DNA of 64,000 nt from Flavobacteriales bacterium (GTDB lineage: Bacteria > Bacteroidota > Bacteroidia > Palsa-965), in NCBI GenBank assembly GCA_040377305.1, contig JBEIPA010000022.1, forward strand, positions 1-64,000, written 5' to 3'. The position numbers and the translations under genes were made by a program. Position 1 is the first letter of the stretch, and every line of letters starts with the position of its first letter. Shown here in pieces: positions 9,607-19,496 of this stretch. The notes under the pieces are model-generated. The model was not told the origin of the DNA, did no database searches, and saw only the letters and a list, made by a program, of their open reading frames with translations.

Positions 9607-11103
9607 ATGACACCAGGCCTCATCTTACTCTGCGTAGGAATCTACACGCTCATGCTCTTCGCCCTCACGTGGTGGACATCCCGCGGAGCAAGCAATGAAT
9701 CGTATTTCGTCGGTGATCGAAAATCGAGTTGGTACCTCGTTGCCTACGGAATGATCGGTGCTTCACTTTCCGGAGTAACCTTCATGTCCGTTCCCGGAAA
9801 CGTGGGTAAAGTCAACTTCTTTTACTTTCAGGTTGTACTCGGATATTTCGTCGGTTACTTCATTATCGCGAAAGTATTGCTGCCTCTGTATTACAAAATG
9901 CAGCTCACTTCGATTTACACGTATCTCGAGAAACGACTTGGAGTTCACGCTTACAAATCAGGAGCATTCTTCTTTTTAGTCTCTCGCATTTTTGGCGCAG
10001 CGTGCAGAATGTACATTGTTGTGCTCGTACTTCAGAAGTTCATCTTCGAGGCATGGGATGTTCCGTTTGCAGTTACTGCCGGAATTTTCGTCCTGCTCAT
10101 TTTAGCCTACACGTACAAAGGCGGAGTGAAAACGATCATCTGGACAGACACGTTGCAAACTACTTTCATGTTGTTGTCGTTGGTGCTGAGCGTTTACCTG
10201 ATTTCCGATCACCTGGAAATTGACGGACTGGTTAACCACATTTTTACGGATGAGCATTCCCAGATTTTCAACTGGGACTGGAAATCAAGTTACTTCTTTC
10301 CGAAAGCATTCTTTGGTGGAATGTTCGTCGCCATTACGATGACGGGCATGGATCAGGAGATGATGCAGAAGAACATCTCGGTGAAAACGCTTGGCGCATC
10401 GCAGAAGAATATGATCTCATTTAGCACCGTAATGGTAATCGTTAATCTGCTGTTCCTTGGCTTGGGTGTTCTGATCTGGGATTACGTGGCGGCGAATCCT
10501 GAAATGCAAGCTGCACTTGCGGATGGCTCCATGTCTCGCGACGAACTGTTTCCGACCATCGCACTCGGCAAGCTCGGAACCGTTTGCGGATTGTTCTTCA
10601 TTATCGGTTTGATTTCAGCAGCGTATCCAAGTGCAGACGGAGCATTGACTGCGCTCACGGCTTCATTCTGTATCGACTTTCTCGGATTCAATCACATTGA
10701 AAAAGGTTGGACCGAAGAACGCAAGGTGCGCATTCGAAAGCTTGTGCACATTGGATTTTCGGTTTTACTCTTTCTGACATTGCTTGTGCTGAAAGCCATA
10801 AACGATGCTGCCATTATTGATCTCATTCTTTTCCTGGCTGCAATCACGTATGGACCTTTGCTCGGATTATTCGCGTTCGGTATCTTCATGAAGAACAGAA
10901 CAGTTTCCGGTTGGCCGATCGTGGCAATTTGTCTCACAGCACCTGCAATCTGTTTTTTCCTAAACTACTTCGCAGGACCTCCGGATGCAATCAACTACTT
11001 CGGTGGTTATCGTTTCGGCAACGAATTGCTGATCATCAACGGCGGAATTGTTTTCCTGAGTCTGCTTGCAATCTCAAAACGCGCACCTTCCAATGAGCAA
11101 TAA
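9607..11103 (+). CDS. Sodium:solute symporter (SSS family)
   Basis: Many TM helices; GASLSGVTFMSVPG, SIYTYLEKR, GGVKTIIWTDTLQ and TGMDQEMMQK motifs. Confidence 0.93.
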   Translation: MTPGLILLCVGIYTLMLFALTWWTSRGASNESYFVGDRKSSWYLVAYGMIGASLSGVTFMSVPGNVGKVNFFYFQVVLGYFVGYFIIAKVLLPLYYKMQLTSIYTYLEKRLGVHAYKSGAFFFLVSRIFGAACRMYIVVLVLQKFIFEAWDVPFAVTAGIFVLLILAYTYKGGVKTIIWTDTLQTTFMLLSLVLSVYLISDHLEIDGLVNHIFTDEHSQIFNWDWKSSYFFPKAFFGGMFVAITMTGMDQEMMQKNISVKTLGASQKNMISFSTVMVIVNLLFLGLGVLIWDYVAANPEMQAALADGSMSRDELFPTIALGKLGTVCGLFFIIGLISAAYPSADGALTALTASFCIDFLGFNHIEKGWTEERKVRIRKLVHIGFSVLLFLTLLVLKAINDAAIIDLILFLAAITYGPLLGLFAFGIFMKNRTVSGWPIVAICLTAPAICFFLNYFAGPPDAINYFGGYRFGNELLIINGGIVFLSLLAISKRAPSNEQ

Positions 11104-11533
11104 CCGTTCAGGCTCGGTAGTTTTTCTGCTCGACAGAACACTACGTCAGCTGCGATTTTCCCTGCAACAACATTTCACCGAGAAGGAAGTGAATCTCTCC
11201 GTTGATCAATGGATTGTGTTGAACGAAGCACATGCATCCGGAATGATCTCGCAGAAATTACTCGCCGATCGTGTGGCAAAAGATCCTGCATCCGTTACGC
11301 GCATTGTTCACGATCTTGTAAAGTCAAAACTCATTCAGCGTGTTGAATCGGAAAAGGATCAGCGGATTTCCTTGCTGAAAGTCACTGCGCAAGGGAAGAA
11401 GGAATTGAGTAAATCTCAAATTGCAGTTCAGAATTATCGCAAGACAGCGTTGAAAGGAATTTCGAAGGAAGAATTGGCGCCGGTGAAAGCGTTGCTGGAT
11501 AAGTTGTTTGAGAATACGGGAGGAAGGCTGTAG
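11093..11533 (+). CDS. MarR-family transcriptional regulator
   Basis: LSVDQWIVL...SQKLLA...DPASVTRIVHDL...DQR...TAQG winged helix; ATG 11093 overlaps the end of the symporter gene. Confidence 0.9.
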   Translation: MSNNRSGSVVFLLDRTLRQLRFSLQQHFTEKEVNLSVDQWIVLNEAHASGMISQKLLADRVAKDPASVTRIVHDLVKSKLIQRVESEKDQRISLLKVTAQGKKELSKSQIAVQNYRKTALKGISKEELAPVKALLDKLFENTGGRL

Positions 11534-11542
11534 AAAGAAAAA

Positions 11543-11737
11543 GGAACGCGGATTTTGATGTGCGAGGCGTGTTAGTCTTTCACTCGGATCACTCCGGTAT
11601 ACAGTTCGACTGGTTATTGGATCTTATGAGATAAACTTAGCAAGCCCATCTCATAAAATCCGATTCACAAATTTTCAATTCTCCGCACTCATCCGAGCGA
11701 AGGAATAGAAAACAACGGACATAGAAATCCGCGTTCC
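11543..11737. repeat. 195-bp rod-like palindromic element, copy A (MITE/REPIN-like or structured RNA)
   Basis: Terminal GGAACGCGGATTT / AAATCCGCGTTCC, nested stems; homologous to the reverse complement of 50635-50827. Confidence 0.85.
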
Positions 11738-11743
11738 ATTAGA

Positions 11744-12616
11744 CTAGAATCCCGTCGCAAACAATCTTCTCGCTCCACCAATCCCGCACTTCACATACTT
11801 ATCATACGCCACCGCAGCTCTCTCCACGATCTGTGCACCAGTTTCATTCAGCAACCAACCATCAATAGCGGCTTTCAACGTGTAAGCTTCCGGACCCATT
11901 AAGTTGGTTGTCCACAAGACCGGATTTGCTCCTGCAGTTGCAATGGCATCTTTGAAGTAGAGTTTGCTGGCGCACGCGAGAATGATCACGTCTTTGTTCG
12001 CACCGTTTTTCTGCACAGGTGGTTCCAAACTGAAATCCATCAGTCCATCGTGACCAACGTAGCACACCATGTCGGCATCAACGACAGGAACGTGAACAGC
12101 TTTTCCATTGTCTGTTGTCTTGATTGTATCGTTCAGATTTCCGGAAGCACCTTTCAGAAAATCAATTGTACACGGTTTGATACGCGCGCCTTTCCAGGCA
12201 TCTGCAACCATGATACAGTTGTAACGGCGGTGTTTCCAGATACAACGTTCGAGAATGTGAACCGTTGGATTCTTCACCGTCTCAAGTAAACGCCAATCTT
12301 CACTCGCATTGAAAAACGTGCGAACACCGTATCCATTTCCCCAGTACAAATTATTGTTCGGATCATTTCCGTTTCCCATTCGCTTCGAAACAGGAACAAT
12401 TCCCTGGGAATCGTTGTCACATAAAGCAACATACACATGGATAATCTGCATGTTCGTGTCTACAGCCGGATCAATAACCACAACCATAGGACTTTTGACC
12501 TCAATAGCAATAACCGAATCTGCTTTAGCTTCCTTGGCAACCGTTGGTTCGCTACATGCAATCAACACAAACGTTGCTGCAATTACGGTCAATACGATGA
12601 CGAAATATCTTTTCAT
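11744..12616 (-). CDS. Lipoprotein of unknown function (possible His-Cys peptidase fold)
   Basis: Lipobox VLIA-C; long ORF with YVGHDG and IILACAS motifs. Confidence 0.7.
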   Translation of the reverse strand: MKRYFVIVLTVIAATFVLIACSEPTVAKEAKADSVIAIEVKSPMVVVIDPAVDTNMQIIHVYVALCDNDSQGIVPVSKRMGNGNDPNNNLYWGNGYGVRTFFNASEDWRLLETVKNPTVHILERCIWKHRRYNCIMVADAWKGARIKPCTIDFLKGASGNLNDTIKTTDNGKAVHVPVVDADMVCYVGHDGLMDFSLEPPVQKNGANKDVIILACASKLYFKDAIATAGANPVLWTTNLMGPEAYTLKAAIDGWLLNETGAQIVERAAVAYDKYVKCGIGGARRLFATGF

Positions 12617-12688
12617 TTTATTCTCTCTTTACGATTACCTTTGGCGTTCGAATTTCAAATCTTCAAATTTTCGAATTTCGAATCGACA

Positions 12689-13027
12689 ATGTCTCTAGCT
12701 AAACAAGCCAAACTTAGTTCGCTCTGGTTCCTCGTGCTCTCTTTCGTATTGCGCTGGGGATACAACGTGTTGTTCCTGCTGTACAAAGGATTCACGCCCA
12801 TGCAGAACGCCATATTGCACATGGTATTTGCGGTGATTTCTCTCGTGTTGGCTTTCATGGCAGTTCAGCTGTTCCGCAAATCAACTCCGAGCGGATCTAA
12901 TCTCGGTTGTTTCTTTATTGTTCTCCTGTTACTGAATTTCGTGTTCGCACTGGGCTCTGTCTTCGCTGCGTTGATTCACCTCTTCTCCGCAAACGGTGGT
13001 GAAATCGAAACGATTTGGTTGATGTAA
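12689..13027 (+). CDS. Small membrane protein (about three TM helices)
   Basis: MSLAKQAK start within the 12437-13027 ORF; three hydrophobic stretches. Confidence 0.6.
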   Translation: MSLAKQAKLSSLWFLVLSFVLRWGYNVLFLLYKGFTPMQNAILHMVFAVISLVLAFMAVQLFRKSTPSGSNLGCFFIVLLLLNFVFALGSVFAALIHLFSANGGEIETIWLM

Positions 13028-13036
13028 GTTTCGAAG

Positions 13037-13180
13037 GATTCCGTGATTTCGTGATTCCGGATTTCGTGATTCTGAGACAACATGTGACTGTAACAATGTA
13101 CGTTTGAGTCTGAAAGTGTCTCTATGTTTTTGAGATTTCGACTTTCTTTCGGAATCTCGCAATTACGAAATCACGGAATC
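13037..13180. repeat. Palindromic intergenic element built of 8-bp GATTTCGT-like units
   Basis: GATTCCGTGATTTCGT / ACGAAATCACGGAATC 16-bp perfect terminal inverted repeat between convergent genes. Confidence 0.75.
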
Positions 13181-14353
13181 TTAAGCTGCGGTTGCGAGTG
13201 AAGCAGAGACTCCACCAATTTTCTCCTCACGAACTTTCTTTCCTTCTCCGATTTTACCCATCCACCAGCCGAGAATTACAAGCCCAAGTGGAAGAGAAGA
13301 AAGCGTGATCAGTTCAGAATAAGAACTGTAGTGAAGCAAAGCATCCGTGTCTCCAGCGCGAACTAAGGAGAACATGAAAGTCAAACCCAACAGGAATATT
13401 CCAGCGAGCCAGCGCTTTTCGTAACGGGCAGAAGTTATTACAGCAATGATGAGTGCAACCGAAGCAAATATTTCTCCGCTGTTTGCCAATCCGGAAAGCT
13501 GGAAAGGCGCGAGGTACAACAGAACTGTAAGTGCCAGCAAATAGATAACCGGACCAGGAAGTTTTGCTGTAACAGCCTTACGCATTACGAATCCAATGAG
13601 CAGAAGCACTCCAATAATCACGAAAGGATTCATCAGAAAACCTATTGCACGCTCCGAGAAATTTGCTTCGTGTTCTACAATCGTCAGATTACCAAGACCT
13701 GCATTGTAAAGAATTTCGTTCATCGTTGCATCGCTGCTGCACGGTTCGTCCGGGGCAGATGGTTTGTTCTCCGTTACTGCAACAACTGCAGCCTTTTCAT
13801 TGGAAGATTTTGGTTTGGCCTGCGGTTTTGCAATTGCTTTCTTATTCGAAATGGTGGAACCCTTTTTCGTATAGATGCTATCTGCGCCCATTGAAATAAA
13901 GTTCGCAGCAGGAATAGTCTGGTTGTTTACGTAAACCATTACCGGACGATCGTATCTGATAATTTCCTGACGTATATTTTCAGCAACGTCCCATCCACCT
14001 GCAAATCCATCAATGCGAATAAGAACGCATGCAGCATTCATGTTCTTCGCTTTCTCGAATGCAGAATGAGTTTGGTTGATCGAAGTCGCCCCATCTTCCG
14101 ACGACAAGTCAAAAGTGTAAACGATGTTCGAAGTAGTTGAGTTTTCAGTCGTTGTACCTTCTGTTACATCACCAGCAACCGGAAGTCCGATTGGAAGTGT
14201 TACTTCAGTTCCAGTACTGCTGTTACCGGTCGTATTTCCGGCACCATCGCCATCTGTGACACCGGGAAAAATACCGGGACCAATTTTCGGCTTCGCTGCA
14301 ACTGCAGCAACGCATAATAGAAGACTAGCAAGTATAAACAGCGATTTTCTCAC
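13181..14353 (-). CDS. Divergent NfeD-like protein (ClpP-class domain plus TM segment)
   Basis: AFEKAKNMNAACVLIRIDGFAGG...RQEII...PVMVYVNN...ISMGADSIY resembles the NfeD N-domain; then FLMNPFV and TM helices. GTG start at 14353 gives a signal peptide. Confidence 0.65.
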   Translation of the reverse strand: MRKSLFILASLLLCVAAVAAKPKIGPGIFPGVTDGDGAGNTTGNSSTGTEVTLPIGLPVAGDVTEGTTTENSTTSNIVYTFDLSSEDGATSINQTHSAFEKAKNMNAACVLIRIDGFAGGWDVAENIRQEIIRYDRPVMVYVNNQTIPAANFISMGADSIYTKKGSTISNKKAIAKPQAKPKSSNEKAAVVAVTENKPSAPDEPCSSDATMNEILYNAGLGNLTIVEHEANFSERAIGFLMNPFVIIGVLLLIGFVMRKAVTAKLPGPVIYLLALTVLLYLAPFQLSGLANSGEIFASVALIIAVITSARYEKRWLAGIFLLGLTFMFSLVRAGDTDALLHYSSYSELITLSSLPLGLVILGWWMGKIGEGKKVREEKIGGVSASLATAA

Positions 14354-14480
14354 AGAATACCTTTTTTCGGAAGTTCTAAGGTACAAATAATTGCCTAAAA
14401 ATAATGCCATTAGTCCCTTGTTATCAACCGTTTGTCACCCGAAGTGTTAATAGTAACAGGAATTAACAGGTTTCCGGCTT

Positions 14481-15833
14481 CTAGCGTTTCAGTTTCGGGT
14501 CCAAAGCATCTCTCAATCCTTCTCCAATCAGATTGTAAACCATAACGGTTACAAAAATTGCGAGTCCAGGAAATAGTATCAGCCACCACGCATGGAAGTT
14601 GCCGCGACCTTCATTCAGAAGTTTACCCCAGGTCATAACGTCATCGGGAACGCCAATTCCAATAAACGATAAACTTGCTTCTATCAGGATGGCTGCGGCG
14701 ATTCCGAAAGCGATGTAGACAAGAGATGGAGAAATTCCGTTAATCAAAGCGTGACGGAAAATGATGCGTTTTTCTTTGAATCCCATTCCTTCCGCGGCTT
14801 TGATATAATCCATCGTGCGGATTTTCAAAAACTCTGCGCGTGTGAATCGTGCTATTCCTGTCCACGACGTAAGGCCGATGATGACCATCACGTAAACGAT
14901 GGATTCATTCTTCGTCAATGCTGCGAGCGAGATGATCAGAATCAATACAGGAATAGAATTCATGATTTCAATTCCACGCGATATGATGCTGTCGAGCGGC
15001 ACGAAAATTTCGGAGCTGAGAAATTTCCCGCGGGCAATTTTCTTGCCGATGAAATTAAAGATCGTCACCACAGTTGCGAACAGGAGAATACTGATCAGCA
15101 ACTGAAACAAGAAACTCATTCCTGATTCTTCAAGCGAATCCTTCAGCGCAAACATTCTTACGCTGAATCCATAGAACCACGCAAATGGAATCGACAGTAC
15201 AATGAACCAGAATTGTCCACGCCGCATTCTCGAACGATAATCGCCGAAGTAACCGGCAACTGCTCCAAGAAACAATCCGATGATGGACGCAATTCCCATC
15301 GAGATCAAACCAATCGTTAACGAAGTTCTTGTGCCGTGAATAACAGCCGAAAGAACATCTGTTCCATTGGATGTTGTACCCAGAACGTGTTTGAATCGCG
15401 GTGAAATGTAAAGTGTATCTCCGGTTGCAGTTACGAATCGTTGCGGATCAGAAGGACCAACGTAGTTCCGATTTGCTTTGTCTGGAATTGTCGACGACCA
15501 CGGCACAGGAGCCCACCATACTGACTCGAGTTCGAGACGTTTCCAATCGGCGATGTCGAGCTGCAGATTTATTTCCTCTCCGGTTGACTCGTCCGTAAAT
15601 CGGTAATTCGTTTCGAAAGAAAATGCCGGGAACAACGATTCTCCTTTGTACTTCGCGTAAAGCGGCTTTTCATTCGCAAGAATTGGAGCGAGCAAGGCAA
15701 TTACAACAAGTAATCCCAACGTGTACATGGCAAACAACGCAGGCTTATTCTTTTTGAATTGCCTCCACGAGTATTTGCGGAAGCTGAATCTGCTTTCGTC
15801 TTGCTCGATTGCTATGTCTTTCCCGTCGCTCAT
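14481..15833 (-). CDS. oppC: Oligo/dipeptide ABC transporter permease (OppC/DppC-like)
   Basis: WRQFKKNKPA, LGTTSNGTDV, DYIKAAEGMG EAA loop, EASLSFIGIG, GEGLRDALDP. Confidence 0.9.
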   Translation of the reverse strand: MSDGKDIAIEQDESRFSFRKYSWRQFKKNKPALFAMYTLGLLVVIALLAPILANEKPLYAKYKGESLFPAFSFETNYRFTDESTGEEINLQLDIADWKRLELESVWWAPVPWSSTIPDKANRNYVGPSDPQRFVTATGDTLYISPRFKHVLGTTSNGTDVLSAVIHGTRTSLTIGLISMGIASIIGLFLGAVAGYFGDYRSRMRRGQFWFIVLSIPFAWFYGFSVRMFALKDSLEESGMSFLFQLLISILLFATVVTIFNFIGKKIARGKFLSSEIFVPLDSIISRGIEIMNSIPVLILIISLAALTKNESIVYVMVIIGLTSWTGIARFTRAEFLKIRTMDYIKAAEGMGFKEKRIIFRHALINGISPSLVYIAFGIAAAILIEASLSFIGIGVPDDVMTWGKLLNEGRGNFHAWWLILFPGLAIFVTVMVYNLIGEGLRDALDPKLKR

Positions 15834-17356
15834 GTCTTGTCGAAAGAAATTCGTGGATCAGCAATGGAGTACAGAACATCAGCAACGAGATATCCGATAA
15901 GCGTCATAAATCCGGCAAGCGTAAAGACGGCAGTGATCATTGTAAAATCTCCGGCCTGTACTGCTCTGAGAATTTCCTGTCCCATTCCCGGAATGCCGAA
16001 CAAATACTCGAGCACAACCGATCCGCCGATTGCAGCCGGAAATACATTCGCAAAAACTGTAATGATCGGGAACAACGCATTGCTCAATCCATGACGGTAA
16101 TAGAGCAAGCGATCTCCTAGACCTTTTGCTCGCGCAGTACGCATGAAATCCTGAGAGTTCACTTCCAACATGGCCACGCGAACCGTGCGACTCAAAAAAG
16201 CGAGTGAGCTGTAGGTGTAACAAATGATAGGTAGAATGAAGTAGGGGAGACGAATCATGGTTTTGTCCCACCATCCGAGGTTCGGATCAATTCCGGTTGC
16301 AGGTTCTATTCCGTTCGAAGGAAAAATATTCCACGTATCCGGATTCGCAAGTAAGACAAGCAACACAATTCCCATCAGGAAAGGCGGCATGGAATACAAC
16401 ATGAACAAGATCACAGACGAACCGCGATCGAACCAGGAACCACGTTTTGCTGCAGCTTGAACTCCAATCGGAATACTGATGATATAAGCAAGTATTACCG
16501 AAATCAACGTGAAGAAAACCGACCATGGAAGTGCTTTGGAAATCGTATCGGTTACAGGCAGTTTTGTAGAATACGATTTTCCAAAATCACCACGCACAAC
16601 TCCTTCGCAATACTGCGCTCCGTTTCCGGTAAACATATTTCCGTCACCGAAAAGCCAGCGATGGTATTGGTTGTAACCGTAGAAGTGAAGTGATGGAACA
16701 TAGTTTTTCCAAACAGTTGGATCTGCGTTCATATCTAGAAATGATTGCGAACACAAATTCAATGAAGTTAGATTATGCTTGAGGAAACTATTGTCACCGA
16801 ACTTTTCTTCTAGTCGAAAATATTCGCTCCACAAATAGTTCAGCTTGGATCTTATTTCCACTGTATCATTCGTCAAAAGCAATGACAATGCAATGTGATG
16901 AAAATGTTCGGTCACATATTTGATTGAGTCTTCCCCAAAATCACTTGTCACCGCAGAATCCAAGGTTACCTCTGAGCCGGAAGTTTTCTCTAACCACTTC
17001 AGTGAGTAATACCAGTGGTAGATGTAATCCCAATTTCCATAAATTCCAATCAGTCGCTCCAGATTCTCCCGCTCCCCCTGATTTCCGATTTTGTAAAACG
17101 TATCCGGTTTCGCCAGCGATGTCATCGTCACATAGAAAACAGGAAGATCCAATCCCATTTCGTGACGTAACGCTTGCTTGTCGCCTTCAATTTTACTTCC
17201 CGATTCTGTTCCGATCTTTCCACCTTTTGTTCCTTCGAAGAAAGCTTCAACAGGATCACCCGGCGCATTGATGCTGATCACGAATGCAATCAGCGAGATC
17301 GCAAACATCGTTGGAATGAAGATGAGAATCCGTCGAAGAATGTACCTGTAGTTCAT
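15830..17356 (-). CDS. oppB: Oligo/dipeptide ABC transporter permease (OppB/DppB-like)
   Basis: YILRRIL, APGDP, GDFGKS, DFMRTARAKGL, EYLFGIPGMG, ADPRI; 4-bp overlap with oppC. Confidence 0.9.
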   Translation of the reverse strand: MNYRYILRRILIFIPTMFAISLIAFVISINAPGDPVEAFFEGTKGGKIGTESGSKIEGDKQALRHEMGLDLPVFYVTMTSLAKPDTFYKIGNQGERENLERLIGIYGNWDYIYHWYYSLKWLEKTSGSEVTLDSAVTSDFGEDSIKYVTEHFHHIALSLLLTNDTVEIRSKLNYLWSEYFRLEEKFGDNSFLKHNLTSLNLCSQSFLDMNADPTVWKNYVPSLHFYGYNQYHRWLFGDGNMFTGNGAQYCEGVVRGDFGKSYSTKLPVTDTISKALPWSVFFTLISVILAYIISIPIGVQAAAKRGSWFDRGSSVILFMLYSMPPFLMGIVLLVLLANPDTWNIFPSNGIEPATGIDPNLGWWDKTMIRLPYFILPIICYTYSSLAFLSRTVRVAMLEVNSQDFMRTARAKGLGDRLLYYRHGLSNALFPIITVFANVFPAAIGGSVVLEYLFGIPGMGQEILRAVQAGDFTMITAVFTLAGFMTLIGYLVADVLYSIADPRISFDKT

Positions 17357-17372
17357 GACGGAAGATGAAAAA

Positions 17373-19253
17373 CTAACGTGCGTTCATTGTCATCGTTGAC
17401 GGAGAAAGCAACTTGAGGAAAGCTAAACAGACACCTGGCTTATCCCAGAACATGTATGCATTTCCAAAACGTTTGTGAATGACAACTTTTCTGGGAGTCA
17501 GGTACATGAACACGTACGGCTGATCGTCGTAAATGATTTTCTGCAACTCTTTCTCCATTGGAATGCGAATGCTGTCGTTGGTTTCAATTCTGATTTTGTC
17601 AATCAACGCATCCGCTTTCGGATTAGAATATCCAATGTAATTCGATCCGCCATTCTCCCACGAGGATGAATGCCAAAGCTGTTTGTAATCTTCCGGCTGA
17701 CTTGACCCCGACCACGCACTGAATATCATGTCGTAATCGTGAGAAGGCAAGCTCGCGAAAAACGTATTCGCATCCATTTCTTTCACGTTGCAAACCAATC
17801 CGGCGAGATAGAATGAATTCTTCAAATCGGTTGCCATGTTGGTCATAACTGCATTACCAGCCATGATACGGAACTCAAATTCGAATTTGGTTTTCGTTCC
17901 GTTGATCATTTTGTCGCGAACGTTATCTCCGTCTGTGTCTTTCCAACCCGCTTCGTCAAGTAGTTTCTTCGCTGCTTCAACATCGTAGGCAAGTGGTTTG
18001 AGATCACTGTTGTACGCGTCGAGTCGCGTCGGACATACAATGCTGGTCATTCGCAGTGCTTTTCCTTCGAGATAAGCCTCGTTCATTTCATCCGTTGGAC
18101 ACAACAATGCTATTGCTCGACGAACTTTCTGATCGGTAAAGAAAGGCGTTCTGTTCACCGACTCCGGACGCAAGTTGAATCCAATGTACTGCCAGTCGAA
18201 ATTCGGAATGAACGCGGAGTGATAGTTGCGATTAAACGTAGAATCTTTCTGCAACGTAGCAAGACTGCGTGTGCCTATTACACAGCTCACATCAATGTCC
18301 TGATTTTTCAAACCAAGTTCAATCGCAGCTTCCTCATTAATCTGCGTCATGATGAGCTGATCCGGGAAAGAAGCATCACCCAAAGTCTTTGTAGAAAGGT
18401 TGAAGGTCCAATGTTGTTTCTTGCGTGTGAGAACCATCTTGGTACGCTCCTGCCATTCGGTGACTTCGTAAGGTCCGAGTCCGTTGAACGTTGTAAAGTC
18501 GTGACCGTATTTCTCGTCGTTGAAATCTTTGCACCACGTTTCTACATCCTTGTGACTTCCTTTTGTGAATTCAGGATTCAGGAAGTCAGCCACTGTGTAG
18601 TTGCGTAGAATGTGTTTTGGGTCATGAAAATCTTCCTCAAGAATCGGAAACGCGGTCCACACAGAAACATTCTGGATGTACTTTTCGCTCATTACCATCT
18701 TAAACTTCAACGGATTGGTCGGGTCTTTCTCAATCGACTTCAGATATTCGAATGCAGGCTTGTACATTGGATTATCGGTAAGCGGACAAGCATTCGCCAT
18801 CAGCGTGAAGATCACATCATCTGCAGTGAATGGTTTGCCATCGTCCCAGGTAATTCCGCTCTTCAAAGTGTAGCTGTAGGTCAATCCATCTGCAGATTCG
18901 GTTGGCAAAGACTCACACAAATCGGAAGTAAGCTTGAGTGTTTCGTAATCGAGTCGCACCAGAAAGCGTTGGGTGTAGTCGAACACAACCATTCGTGGCT
19001 GAGAAGCTCCGTTAGTAGGGTGCAAATTGTCAGGTTCGCCTCGCCAGTGAAAAACCACCACGTTTTCTGTAGACCAGTCTGATTCCCATTGAGAAGGTGG
19101 TTCATTCAGGATGAACATCTTCCGGTTGCCCATGCTGTCTTTTGTCTCTGCCGTACTATCCACGAACTGCCCTTGCGGATCTGAACTTCCACACGAAGAG
19201 AGAAATGCAGCACAAATTGTCAGTAGGGAAAAGAATCTGGTAGCCTGAATCAT
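17373..19253 (-). CDS. oppA: ABC peptide-binding lipoprotein (SBP family 5)
   Basis: Lipobox FLSS-C; ITWDDGKPFTADDVIFT, GLGPY, DQKVRRAI and AKKLLDEAGW motifs. Start set at ATG 19253. Confidence 0.88.
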   Translation of the reverse strand: MIQATRFFSLLTICAAFLSSCGSSDPQGQFVDSTAETKDSMGNRKMFILNEPPSQWESDWSTENVVVFHWRGEPDNLHPTNGASQPRMVVFDYTQRFLVRLDYETLKLTSDLCESLPTESADGLTYSYTLKSGITWDDGKPFTADDVIFTLMANACPLTDNPMYKPAFEYLKSIEKDPTNPLKFKMVMSEKYIQNVSVWTAFPILEEDFHDPKHILRNYTVADFLNPEFTKGSHKDVETWCKDFNDEKYGHDFTTFNGLGPYEVTEWQERTKMVLTRKKQHWTFNLSTKTLGDASFPDQLIMTQINEEAAIELGLKNQDIDVSCVIGTRSLATLQKDSTFNRNYHSAFIPNFDWQYIGFNLRPESVNRTPFFTDQKVRRAIALLCPTDEMNEAYLEGKALRMTSIVCPTRLDAYNSDLKPLAYDVEAAKKLLDEAGWKDTDGDNVRDKMINGTKTKFEFEFRIMAGNAVMTNMATDLKNSFYLAGLVCNVKEMDANTFFASLPSHDYDMIFSAWSGSSQPEDYKQLWHSSSWENGGSNYIGYSNPKADALIDKIRIETNDSIRIPMEKELQKIIYDDQPYVFMYLTPRKVVIHKRFGNAYMFWDKPGVCLAFLKLLSPSTMTMNAR

Positions 19254-19370
19254 AGTTTGCACGTTGTTACACAAATATAGTGCTGGCGCTGCTTAGTAGG
19301 TCTGAAATAGGTCATATTACCGGTACTTAAAAACCATGCAAATGATACTGCGAAAAATCGGAAAAAGTTA

Positions 19371-19378
19371 TAAATTTG
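19371..19378 (+). promoter_or_regulatory. Bacteroidota sigma-A -7 element for tRNA-Ser
   Basis: TAAATTTG matches TAnnTTTG, ~30 bp upstream of the tRNA. Confidence 0.6.
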
Positions 19379-19406
19379 CAGCCCTGTTAAAGGTCAAGAC
19401 GCATCC

Positions 19407-19496
19407 GGTGAGGTGGGTGAGAGGCCGATACCAGTAGTTTGCTAAACTGCCGTACGATGTAAAGTTGTACCGAGGGTTCGAATCCCTCCCTCACCG
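19407..19496 (+). tRNA. tRNA-Ser(GCT)
   Basis: Acceptor stem GGTGAGG/CCTCACC, discriminator G, anticodon arm GTAGT-TTGCTAA-ACTGC, long variable arm, T arm GAGGG-TTCGAAT-CCCTC; CCA not encoded. Confidence 0.97.
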
